Shown piece after piece: positions 1 through 8,471 of a stretch of 64,000 nt of DNA; the stretch's first letter is position 1, and the number at the start of each line of letters is the position of its first letter. The DNA lies in assembly GCA_043810285.1 (NCBI GenBank), contig JBDROH010000022.1, positions 8,484 through 72,483 on the forward strand. Direction: 5' to 3'. Position numbers and translations under genes: made by a program. This DNA is from an archaeon (GTDB taxonomy: Archaea; Nanobdellota; Nanobdellia; Pacearchaeales; GW2011-AR1). The notes beneath the pieces are model-generated. The model worked only from the letters and a program-made list of their open reading frames with translations, had not been told where the DNA came from and ran no database searches.

Positions 1-676
1 AAACATCTAGGTTAGAAGTCACAGGTCCAACCCTCTCCTCACAACTACTTAAAGCATTAAACCCAACACAATAAAGAGTAACATCATTACTAATCTCAGA
101 ACTCTTCATATAATCATAATTATCATACTTAAAGGAATCACCATCACAATAAAACTCAGCAGTCACATCATCGTCATCTGCACCACTAAAAAGAAAATAT
201 GCAGAATCTATTTCTTCACGAAACCAAAGAGTTCCTTCATCAGCATTATATATAGGTAAAAGAGTGCCAGAAGCAAAAGAGGTCCACCCGCTAGTTATCC
301 CCTCATAATTATTACCTGGATTTCCTGCATTACGTCCCCATTGAAAAGTCCAATTCTCAATCTCACAATTATCAGGATTAGCAACCACATAATCAGCAGC
401 AGTAGTAGAAATAATAGCAGGAACACCCGCAACACTACCCCAATTAGGCAAATCAGATTCACTATCACAAACCACCTTATCAGCCCTAACAGTTATACAC
501 GGCCCACAGTCCGAATCAGCACAATCAATCTGATCATCAAAATCGTTATCAATCTGATCATCACAAATTTCTGAAACACATAATGTATCTAAAGAAGCAC
601 TAACAATCCCTGTAGACAAAACACCAATCAATAACATCAAGAAAAAAGTTACACTAGAAAATTTCCTGAAATTCAT
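1..676 (-). CDS. Secreted or cell-surface protein, partial: N-terminal part present, C-terminus runs off the window edge
   Basis: The minus-strand ATG is the reverse complement of 674-676. The N-terminus MNFRKFSSVTFFLMLLIGVLSTGIVSAS is a signal peptide. It is followed by a Cys/Asp-rich region with repeated DDQID-like motifs (CDDQIDNDFDDQIDCADSDCGPC). The frame stays open to position 1. It is absent from the ORF track because it is truncated. Confidence 0.5.
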   Translation of the reverse strand, partial: MNFRKFSSVTFFLMLLIGVLSTGIVSASLDTLCVSEICDDQIDNDFDDQIDCADSDCGPCITVRADKVVCDSESDLPNWGSVAGVPAIISTTAADYVVANPDNCEIENWTFQWGRNAGNPGNNYEGITSGWTSFASGTLLPIYNADEGTLWFREEIDSAYFLFSGADDDDVTAEFYCDGDSFKYDNYDYMKSSEISNDVTLYCVGFNALSSCEERVGPVTSNLDV

Positions 677-931
677 AAAGATTATAGAAAAAGTTTGTTT
701 ATAAATATTATCATTACCGAGGATATATTAAAAAATTTAAAGGATTACTCAAGGGTAATTAATTTAGAGCACAATATGTAATACAAACACAAAGAAGAAC
801 ATACAATATATTGATAAATAATTTACCCTACTCTTATTTAATAAAGAAAATTAGTCACCCTACACTTATCCTAACAAAAGATTATCCTCCAATCACGACA
901 AAACTTATATCTCCCCAAAACTCATAATTAC

Positions 932-1411
932 ATGACCAAACTTTCCCCAGAAAAATTTTTAGCAAAGAAACTAAAAGAGATAAATCAAAAAATAAAAACC
1001 TCTTTCGTTCTAATTCGAAAAGATGTCGACGAAATGCAAACAACAATCAACGCAATGCGAAGATACCTCAAAAACAAAGACGAACAATACAAATACGCAA
1101 AAAAAGAAGACAACAAAATCAGAGATGAATTCCGACAAGAGGTCAACGAGTTCACACAGAAAATTTCCTCCCTAAGAATTGCACTGTCTGAAGTAAGAAC
1201 AATCCAAAAAGAAGTTGTATTAATGAAAGATTTAGCAAAAATTGAGGACAAAATCAAAACCTCCTTCAAAAATGAAATAGAAAACTACAAAGAACAAATC
1301 AAACTATTAAGAACCGAATTTAAAGAAGTAGAAAAAAGAATTACTGCAATAGAAAACGGAGATGTTCTAGAAAAAACGAAAGGTTGGTTTTTCAATAAAA
1401 AGGATAAATGA
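932..1411 (+). CDS. Hypothetical coiled-coil protein, Lys/Glu-rich
   Basis: 159-aa ORF with heptad-like K/E-rich composition and no recognisable catalytic motif. Confidence 0.45.
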   Translation: MTKLSPEKFLAKKLKEINQKIKTSFVLIRKDVDEMQTTINAMRRYLKNKDEQYKYAKKEDNKIRDEFRQEVNEFTQKISSLRIALSEVRTIQKEVVLMKDLAKIEDKIKTSFKNEIENYKEQIKLLRTEFKEVEKRITAIENGDVLEKTKGWFFNKKDK

Positions 1412-1414
1412 GAT

Positions 1415-2431
1415 TTATTTTAACTTTTCTACAGTCCTTTTACCGTCATCTCCAATATAAGCCACACGATTCCTACCATTTGCTTTCGCATAATACATAA
1501 GACCGTCAACTTCCTTAACAATCCAATTCGTAGCACATTGTGCGACAGACATATCGCGAATATTAGAATTATTTTCTACAACATAAGACTTAACAAAATT
1601 TCCAATTATCCCTACTCGTTTTCTAATCTCTTCCCTTGTTAACTCCTCTCTTTGAACAGGGGAATGATTCGTAGAATACCATCCGAAATAATTATTTAAC
1701 ATCCCCTCAAAATTAGGGTTATCATTAACATAATCAGATATTAACTGCTTCCCACTAGCCCCATACAGAAACCAAAGAGGATTTTCCTGATTTACTTCTA
1801 TAACGCCAGAACTAACAGTTACTGGTTTTCTATGTTTATTCCCTCTTCCATCTACAAAATTCACTTCTGTATCTTCAGTATGAGACTTTAATCTATACGC
1901 CACATCCAATGCATCCGCCTTTTTGGTGTTAGGCAACAAAACAAAAAATTCTTCTCCTCCATACCTAAATGCGACATCCGAATCCCGAATACTTTCTGAA
2001 ACAACACCACTTAAGGTTTTAAGAACAACATCTCCAGCATTATGACCATAAGTATCATTAAACGCCTTAAAACGGTCTATATCAAACATCATTACCGAAA
2101 AAGGATTACGAAGATTCCTATAAGTCGAAGCAAGTTGTTTTTTTAATTCAAAGTCTAAACACCTTCTATTAGATAATCCGGTTAGATAGTCTTTTGTTGA
2201 CAAATCCTTTGTCTTTTCATTTGCTTCATGAATAATATCTCTCAAGAATGAAATAGTATCAGAACTACATTTCCAATCCCTATCAAATATATTCTTCCAA
2301 ATTTCAGTACCTACATAGATTAAATCATTAGGATTTCCCAACGAACTAACCTCTTTTTTAATGCTCTCGGAACTAAGACCCTCATAACTAAGTCTTCTAA
2401 CGATTGAGTCCAATCCCTTATAACCGTTCAT
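1415..2431 (-). CDS. GGDEF-domain protein (diguanylate cyclase-like) with an intact GGEEF active-site motif and an insertion of about 75 aa inside the domain
   Basis: The GGDEF start DYLTGLSNRRCLDFEL, the motifs FDIDRFKAFNDTYGHNAGD and RYGGEEFFVLLP, and VTVSSGVIEV followed by ADGLMYYAKANGRNRV are all present. About 95 residues separate the last two motifs where about 20 is typical. Confidence 0.75.
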   Translation of the reverse strand: MNGYKGLDSIVRRLSYEGLSSESIKKEVSSLGNPNDLIYVGTEIWKNIFDRDWKCSSDTISFLRDIIHEANEKTKDLSTKDYLTGLSNRRCLDFELKKQLASTYRNLRNPFSVMMFDIDRFKAFNDTYGHNAGDVVLKTLSGVVSESIRDSDVAFRYGGEEFFVLLPNTKKADALDVAYRLKSHTEDTEVNFVDGRGNKHRKPVTVSSGVIEVNQENPLWFLYGASGKQLISDYVNDNPNFEGMLNNYFGWYSTNHSPVQREELTREEIRKRVGIIGNFVKSYVVENNSNIRDMSVAQCATNWIVKEVDGLMYYAKANGRNRVAYIGDDGKRTVEKLK

Positions 2432-2585
2432 GATAAATTAACTTAAAATTAAGGTTTAAATAATAATGTATACTTTAACCTAATATTTTACAAACCAACA
2501 CTCTCAAATGTAATTACACTATTTCAGTAAAAGACACAACAATACTTAAAAACCATCCTCCCGATTTTCTTCAACAAGGTGCTAT

Positions 2586-4475
2586 ATGTGGTCATTATAC
2601 GAGCGAAAAAATGAAGATTCTAGTGATGGTGTAAACTTATTTGATTACTCTGGTGAAAAGCTCAAACCACTGAAATTCTCAAATGGAAAAACTCAAGAAG
2701 ACGTCGTCAAAGAAGTCCTCGAGACAATCAACGCCGGAAACAAACTAATTTTCATAAAAGGAATATGCGGAACTGGAAAGTCGGCAATTGCCCTAAATTT
2801 AGCAAGACACTTTAAAAAAACATCAATCGTCGTCCCAATAAAATCCCTCCAAGAGCAATACGAAAAAGATTACACTCAAAAAAAATTCATTATGAAAAAA
2901 GATAGTAATCCTTTAAAAATTGCAGTTATAAAAGGAAGAAATAATTTTAGATGTCCTTTTTCCGGAGAACGTTCCGATGACCCAGAACTTCCATGTACAA
3001 TCGAAATTAGAGAGAAAAATACTGAGCAACTTTTAAAATACATTGATATGAATGAAGCAGTAGAAAAAGAAAATTTCTCATCAGCGTCGGATGTCCGAAG
3101 AATGAACATTGCTCCTGCATGTCCTTACTGGGCACCACTAATGCCTTCAGAAATTAATCCAAAAGGGCTAAATGATGTCACCAAGAAAAAATATCAAGCA
3201 ATATGCGGAAAAGAATTTGCATTATTCTGTAGAAAAAAAGGATGTGGATATTACGACCAATACAAATCCTATATCGACGCTGACGTTCTTATTTTTAACA
3301 GTATGAAATATCAGATAGAAAGTTCAATAGGAAGAAAACCAAAAACAGATATAGATATTATAGATGAGTGCGACGAATTTCTTGATAGTTTTGCTAATGA
3401 ACGAAAAATTAATTTAAACAGATTACACTCGGCACTCTCAAATCTCCAACCAAACGACCAAGAAAAACGAACAAAAGTCAAGGAACTAATCAAAGAAATA
3501 AATAATATTTTGTTCAATCCTCCAACAATAGAAATTCAAAAAATAAACTCCTCCTCATTCCTCAACCTAATAGAAACAATTCTCAAAAACCCAAATCTTG
3601 CCGAAGACGAAGAACTCAGTTATTACAATACTGTAGTAGAAATTGCACGAACATTCGAAAATCTTCTAGATGAAACATATATTTCTATAGCTAAAATAGA
3701 AGAAGAAACCAAACAGAAAGGACTTTTTGGAACTAATTTCTCCAACGAGAAAACAGTAATACTAAATCTGGTTTCAATAAACTTAGCACAAAAAATTCAT
3801 GAACTAATTGAACAAAACAATATTCTAGTCATGATGTCTGGAACCCTTCATTCCGAACAAGTTTTAAAAGATATTTTTGGTTTAGAAGAATTTAAAATCA
3901 TCGAAGCTGAAATCGAAAGCCCTGGCATTATAAAAAAACAACGAACAGGTTTAGAAAAAAATTGTAACTTCTCCAACTTCTCAAATAAAACCATTACTAG
4001 AAAAATGTACCTTAAGATATTAGATATGTGTATGGCAAATGCCGAGCAACCAACTTTAGTTCACGTGAGTGCTTTCAAAGACCTCCCCACAGAAGAAGAA
4101 AATGCCGAATACAAATTTGAAAATTTAATCACTCAAGAAAAATTAAAGGAACTCCAATCAAGAGGAAATACTTCAGTAGATGAATTTACATCAGGTGAAG
4201 AAGATGTTCTATTCACCACAAAATGTTCGCGAGGAGTAGATTTTGCTGGAAACAAATGCAATTCTATTGTCATAACAAAATTTCCCTATCCAAATATTCA
4301 AGGACTCTTCTGGAAGATTCTCAAACAAGAACAACCTGAAAAATTCAAGGAGTTCTATATGGACAAAGCACGAAGAGATTTGATTCAAAAAATCGCAAGA
4401 GGGGTTAGATTCAAGGGAGATAAAGTTTCATTATGGAGTCCGGATATTAGAGTAATGAATGCTAACTTAAATTAA
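2586..4475 (+). CDS. Superfamily 2 helicase of the XPD/Rad3/DinG type, compact at 629 aa
   Basis: Walker A (GICGTGKSA), a Walker B/DExD-like motif (IIDECDEF), a Cys-rich insert after GRNNFRCPF consistent with an FeS domain, the Rad3-family VMMSGTL motif, and a C-terminal TKCSRGVDF motif resembling Rad3 motif VI. Confidence 0.55.
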   Translation: MWSLYERKNEDSSDGVNLFDYSGEKLKPLKFSNGKTQEDVVKEVLETINAGNKLIFIKGICGTGKSAIALNLARHFKKTSIVVPIKSLQEQYEKDYTQKKFIMKKDSNPLKIAVIKGRNNFRCPFSGERSDDPELPCTIEIREKNTEQLLKYIDMNEAVEKENFSSASDVRRMNIAPACPYWAPLMPSEINPKGLNDVTKKKYQAICGKEFALFCRKKGCGYYDQYKSYIDADVLIFNSMKYQIESSIGRKPKTDIDIIDECDEFLDSFANERKINLNRLHSALSNLQPNDQEKRTKVKELIKEINNILFNPPTIEIQKINSSSFLNLIETILKNPNLAEDEELSYYNTVVEIARTFENLLDETYISIAKIEEETKQKGLFGTNFSNEKTVILNLVSINLAQKIHELIEQNNILVMMSGTLHSEQVLKDIFGLEEFKIIEAEIESPGIIKKQRTGLEKNCNFSNFSNKTITRKMYLKILDMCMANAEQPTLVHVSAFKDLPTEEENAEYKFENLITQEKLKELQSRGNTSVDEFTSGEEDVLFTTKCSRGVDFAGNKCNSIVITKFPYPNIQGLFWKILKQEQPEKFKEFYMDKARRDLIQKIARGVRFKGDKVSLWSPDIRVMNANLN

Positions 4476-4486
4476 TTTATACCTCC

Positions 4487-4610
4487 AATCACCGACGACC
4501 CTACTCGAGCATATTCAAGTGATATCGTATCGTTTGCTTTATACTAATTCACACTCAGACTTTTTAATGGTTATCGGTCTACTTATAGGTGACAAAAGTT
4601 AGGGAGATAT
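4487..4610. repeat. Copy 1 of a roughly 120 bp conserved intergenic element. It has a CTACTCGAGCAT arm and a TCGGTCTACTT..GGTGAC arm
   Basis: Aligns with 5222-5345 and 11120-11240 and partially with 6670-6800. It lacks the full CCCCAACC core but retains ACCGACGACCCTACTCGAGC. Confidence 0.6.
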
Positions 4611-4614
4611 AAAA

Positions 4615-4761
4615 TTACTTCTGCTTCTTAAATAAAACAATTGTTAAAATAATGAAGAATATACCAGTTAATGAATACCAAATAAAGTTAGTTTCTGGTT
4701 CTGGAAAAAATAACAGAATAAGTAATCCAATAATTAATGAAATTATCCAAAGGTTTTTCAT
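4615..4761 (-). CDS. Small membrane protein, 48 aa
   Basis: MKNLWIISLIIGLLILLFFPEPETNFIWYSLTGIFFIILTIVLFKKQK. An archaeal TATA box TTTAAATA lies about 25 nt upstream on the minus strand. The promoter and first codons are duplicated at 9898-9975. Confidence 0.35.
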   Translation of the reverse strand: MKNLWIISLIIGLLILLFFPEPETNFIWYSLTGIFFIILTIVLFKKQK

Positions 4762-4812
4762 ATTCTAATCAAGGATGAAACTTATTTAAACTAAACGCCC
4801 CCAACCATTTGT
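4738..4812 (-). promoter_or_regulatory. Archaeal promoter module (TATA TTTAAATA, near-leaderless start) plus the 5' codons of the small membrane protein. Copy A of a roughly 75 bp duplicated module
   Basis: Minus-strand reading GGGGGCGTTTAGTTTAAATAAGTTTCATCCTTGATTAGAAT-ATG. A near-identical copy lies at 9898-9975. Confidence 0.55.
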
Positions 4813-4924
4813 TAGATAGTTTTGGTACAAGTGCGTGTAGATTAAATATGGGCACAAAATCCCTTGAGTATTTAACAAATTCTTTTTTAGTTAAATAGAT
4901 ATATCTAATTTTTCTTATAAAGAT

Positions 4925-5193
4925 ATGAAGATTTCAGAAAGATAAAAAAAATTGCGAAGAAGATTAAAACCGAGATTAAAGTATACAAGGGTGTTTTAAA
5001 CGACAAAAGAACTCCAAAATTAGAAAAAATACTTCTCGGAGCTGGAATTGCATATTCTTTAAGTCCTATAGATATTATCCCAGATTTTATACCTATCTTA
5101 GGTTATGTTGATGATATAATACTCGTCCCTTTGTTGATATTTATAGGGTTAAAATTTATTCCAAGGAAAATCATTAAGAAGTATCGTTGGTAA
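4925..5193 (+). pseudogene. DUF1232 (YkvA-like) membrane protein gene with an apparent frameshift in an A8 run. Either a pseudogene, a programmed shift or a sequencing error
   Basis: ATG at 4925 gives MKISER then a stop. The +1 frame after the A-run at 4944-4951 encodes KKIAKKIKTEIKVYKGVLNDKRTPKLEKILLGAGIAYSLSPIDIIPDFIPILGYVDDIILVPLL, which carries the DUF1232 DxIPDxIPxxGyxDD signature. That frame has no ATG. Confidence 0.35.
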
Positions 5194-5204
5194 AATAAAA
5201 TTCC

Positions 5205-5345
5205 ACCCTTGAATGTCACAAAAGTCCCAACCGGCTAAGACCCTACTCGAGCATCCTTACGGAATGTCATGTAGTTTGCTTTATTCTATTTGGTGGCTTT
5301 TCTTTTTAAATCTTGTCGGTCTACTTGTGGGTGACACCTCTTGGG
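5205..5345. repeat. Copy 2 of the conserved intergenic element, including the tRNA-Asp 3'-end core fragment CCCAACCGG
   Basis: CCCAACCGGCTAAGACCCTACTCGAGCATCCTTACGGAATGTCATGTAGTTTGCTTTAT...TTTAAATCTTGTCGGTCTACTTGTGGGTGAC aligns with copies 1, 3 and 4. Confidence 0.6.
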
Positions 5346-5385
5346 GAGAAGATATAAATAAACCTAAATCAAGAGATTATCTGAT

Positions 5386-5569
5386 GAAAATACCTGAACT
5401 TGAAAAAAAATACGGGAAGGAATTAATTGACAAAATTTTGAAGGGTCATTATTTGGATGGCTGTACTATTGCGATAGTTAATGGCGAAGACGATATTCCT
5501 GAAGGCGATATAAGATTGGCAATTAGAGAAATAAATGGGGATGAAATTGGTAACTGGGAATGGGATTAA
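5386..5569 (+). CDS. Small hypothetical protein upstream of fic. The ORF-track start at 5213 overlaps the repeat element, so a downstream Met is preferred
   Basis: MKIPELEKKYGKELIDKILKGHYLDGCTIAIVNGEDDIPEGDIRLAIREINGDEIGNWEWD. Lies on the same strand directly 5' of the Fic gene. Confidence 0.3.
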
Positions 5570-5706
5570 TTCATGCCTAAAAGGTTATATTTTTGTTATA
5601 TTTTCCTGCCTAAAAGGTTACAGTAACAAACTATCCCCTCGATAACACTGATAATATTTCCTGCCCAAATAGTAAGGTTTTTAAATAAAGAAAACCTGTT
5701 ATAATC

Positions 5707-6663
5707 ATGAGTCATATAGAAATTAAAAAAACAAAAAGTAATAATTACGCATCATTTGTAAAGAAGGTAGTTTTTATGGGAGAGTCATGCGTGATTAAGA
5801 AAAGCATGGGCCTGCAGTCTTCTACCCTTAACAAAGAAAAATTCTTATTGGATAATATTGACTTAATAACAAAAGAAGAATTTGATTTTAGAAAAAAATA
5901 TCTAAGCCAAATTATTTCCAAGATTTCTCATAATGAAAAATTACCTGAAAAAATAGAATTAGCTTCGATTAAATTAAATAATCTAATTGATGCCAAGGAT
6001 TGTCAGGAAGTGGTGGATATAGAATTTGCAAAGGAGTTTATTTTTAATTCAAATAATATTGAAGGTTCCAAAATTCCTCCACAGGCGGTTAGGGAAATTA
6101 TCGATAAGGGTGATACGAGATATTCGGATAAAAATGAAATTAAGGAAGTAAAGAATTCAATTGAGGCATTTAATTATTTGAAAAAATCATTTAAGTTTAA
6201 TATCCAGTCTATAAAAAAACTCTATCATGTTTTAACAAAAGATTTGGAAATGCAAAAAGGGGTTTCTTATCCGAGAGGTTTTAAGAAAGTTCAAAATGTT
6301 GTGGGGAATTCTATAACAACTGCTCCAGAAAATGTGGAGTCTGAGTTAATTGGTTTATTAAGGTGGTATAGAGAAAATAAAGGTAAAATTCATCCGTTAA
6401 TTTTGGCCTTTGAATTTCATAAGCGATATGAAGGTATACATCCTTTTTTAGATGGAAATGGGAGAACAGGAAGGCTGATTATGAATAAGATTTTGATGGG
6501 TAAGGGATACCAGCCTATAATCGTCTATAAGGAAAATAAGGAATCGTATTTTAATTCTTTGGCAAAAGTTAATGATGGAATGTCAAAAAAATATTATCAG
6601 TTTATGTTGGAACAAACTAGAAAGAGTTATGATTTTTTAGAAAGTGTTATAAAAAAATATTAA
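5707..6663 (+). CDS. fic: Fic/Doc (Fido) family protein, a putative AMPylating toxin
   Basis: Canonical Fic motif HPFLDGNGRTGRLIMNKIL, matching HPFx[D/E]GNGRxxR. Confidence 0.85.
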   Translation: MSHIEIKKTKSNNYASFVKKVVFMGESCVIKKSMGLQSSTLNKEKFLLDNIDLITKEEFDFRKKYLSQIISKISHNEKLPEKIELASIKLNNLIDAKDCQEVVDIEFAKEFIFNSNNIEGSKIPPQAVREIIDKGDTRYSDKNEIKEVKNSIEAFNYLKKSFKFNIQSIKKLYHVLTKDLEMQKGVSYPRGFKKVQNVVGNSITTAPENVESELIGLLRWYRENKGKIHPLILAFEFHKRYEGIHPFLDGNGRTGRLIMNKILMGKGYQPIIVYKENKESYFNSLAKVNDGMSKKYYQFMLEQTRKSYDFLESVIKKY

Positions 6664-6669
6664 GGATCA

Positions 6670-6800
6670 ATTTACTCCTTGAATGACGGATAAATCCGAA
6701 ACACTACATTCTTGTCGTTTAGTCGTTTTTCCATTGGTGAGTGTGCGATGGAGACGATATTTAAATCTTGTCGACCACTAAGGGGTGACGGAAGTTAAGA
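6670..6800. repeat. Copy 4, degenerate, of the conserved intergenic element
   Basis: Shares CCTTGAATG at its 5' end and TTTAAATCTTGTCGACCACTAAGGGGTGAC at its 3' end with copy 2. Confidence 0.5.
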
Positions 6801-6809
6801 AAAATATAT

Positions 6810-7331
6810 TTATTCTTCCAGTATATTTTCTATTAATGTTAAAAATTCTTTAGCCCTTTCTAAAGAAGTTTGAGCCTTTGATTTTTTAATATTTTCAGTA
6901 GTCTCATATTGAAATGTAGATCTTTTAACTTTTTCAAAACCATATTTTGTCAAATAATTATCACTAACAGATAAAGCTTCATCTTTTCCTATCTCATAAG
7001 CTTTCAAAAGATGATTTTTTATTTTATGTCTGCCTTGCACAATTAAACCCTCATTTACTACTTGATGGACAATTTCATGTTTTGTTTTGTATCCTAGTTT
7101 GTATAAATATGCACAAGCCATATAGAACATGGAATAATAACTACTCACAACCACCCATAGTGACGAAGAATTATTCTTGAATAATAGGTTGGCGACGCTT
7201 AGGCTCTCTCTTGCATTTCTCAAATAGGTCTCATAAATTAATGTTTTAGGCTTGTCTATTTCCGTTATTTTTCCGTCTCTCAAATAATTTTTGAAATTAT
7301 CTTCCGCTTGTTTTATTCTTTTTTCATCCAT
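6810..7331 (-). CDS. HEPN-domain protein, putative toxin of a HEPN-MNT pair
   Basis: Alpha-helical 173-aa protein with an R-x(4-6)-H-like motif (RHKIKNH). Overlaps the upstream MNT gene by 19 nt, the typical arrangement. Confidence 0.55.
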   Translation of the reverse strand: MDEKRIKQAEDNFKNYLRDGKITEIDKPKTLIYETYLRNARESLSVANLLFKNNSSSLWVVVSSYYSMFYMACAYLYKLGYKTKHEIVHQVVNEGLIVQGRHKIKNHLLKAYEIGKDEALSVSDNYLTKYGFEKVKRSTFQYETTENIKKSKAQTSLERAKEFLTLIENILEE

Positions 7332-7909
7332 TCTGAAATTAAATTATAGTAATTCTCTTTCCCATAAAGTATAATGTTGTTTTTAATTATTTCGTTACCA
7401 AGATTATTTCCTTTCTTTTCTATCATTGAGGTAAATTCTTTTGAGGTAAATTCTTGTATTTCTAAGTTCAAAGATAATAGGCTTAGTTTCTCATTTAATA
7501 TTTTGGATTTAGATTCATTATCTAGAATTATGCAGATATCAATATCTGAATTCTTTGTGTTAGTTTTTTTAATATATGAACCAAATGCCAATACAGTTAG
7601 AAATGGGTAGTTTAATTCTTTGATATATTTTCTTATAACTTTTAAATTTAAATTTTTCGAGAAAAACTCTTCAGTTCTTTTTTCTTCTATTGAAAGAGTT
7701 TCTATATTGTTATTTTGATTAAATTCGATAAGATAGGAGTTTCCTTGCTTGCTTTTTAAATATGTTTTAGGATTTATTTTAGAGAGTGCTTGAGAAGTGT
7801 TTTTATAATCTGCTTTCAGTTTTTGAGAAATCTCCATGATAGAATGTGGAGATTCTTTGTTTTCGATTAAAAATTTCAATATCTTTTCTTTTAGGGTATA
7901 TTTTACCAT
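7313..7909 (-). CDS. Minimal nucleotidyltransferase (MNT), putative antitoxin partner of HEPN
   Basis: LAFGSYIKKTNTKNSDIDICIIL matches the GS-x(9-13)-D-x-D polymerase-beta-like nucleotidyltransferase signature. Confidence 0.7.
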   Translation of the reverse strand: MVKYTLKEKILKFLIENKESPHSIMEISQKLKADYKNTSQALSKINPKTYLKSKQGNSYLIEFNQNNNIETLSIEEKRTEEFFSKNLNLKVIRKYIKELNYPFLTVLAFGSYIKKTNTKNSDIDICIILDNESKSKILNEKLSLLSLNLEIQEFTSKEFTSMIEKKGNNLGNEIIKNNIILYGKENYYNLISEWMKKE

Positions 7910-8022
7910 GATATTATGGTAGTATATACCTTATTTAAATCTTGTGTTTTTGTCAAAACCCTCTCAACCGCCTCCTGCCCTTAATATGTCGACTGACTGT
8001 TGGGATTATCTCTTTTTCTTCT

Positions 8023-8177
8023 TAATTAAAAAATAAATCAATGCTCCACCAGCTAAAATCAAAAATATAGTCTAAAATGATGTCAGAATTTTCTTTGGAT
8101 ATATCTGGAATGCCGTTTTTTACAGATTCTTTCCATAAAAGATATCTTTCTTCATGCTGATATGGGTCAACTTTCAT
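8023..8177 (-). pseudogene. Remnant N-terminal fragment of a second tyrosine integrase
   Basis: MKVDPYQHEERYLLWKESVKNGIPDISKENSDIILDYIFDF is similar to the N-terminus of the intact integrase at 12644 (MEKRDPYKHKERYFRWLKENANGIGGISLRNSSLILAYLYDM). It ends after about 50 aa. Confidence 0.4.
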
Positions 8178-8471
8178 TAATTTTAGAAGGATTCGCAAAT
8201 AAAAAGGTCATTGTATAAATGTTGTATTTTAGACATAGTATCCTATTACTTAAGGAGATATAAAAATGTTTAGAAATCGCCCCAACCGCCGTGACTAGAT
8301 GAGTGTGTCTTTGGTAGGTGGATGGAATTTATTACCGTTTATTAAAATCAATTCCAATATCTTCTAAGATTTTAAGGGATTTTATAGTCTTGAAATAATA
8401 AACTTGTGCATCACTTCTCTTTTTAAAATATAAATAAAAACAAAATCCTGACAGGATCATCATAAACGATT

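Noticed and set aside
341-574. ORF-track + strand 77-aa ORF
   Set aside because: It lies entirely antisense to the much longer signal-peptide-bearing minus-strand ORF (1-676). Its composition (runs of N/S/R/T/I) looks like antisense translation.
5213-5385. N-terminal extension of the 118-aa ORF (MSQKSQPAKTLLEHPYGMSC...)
   Set aside because: This part is a translation of the conserved intergenic repeat (copy 2). The same DNA is non-coding in the other copies, so the downstream Met at 5386 is preferred.
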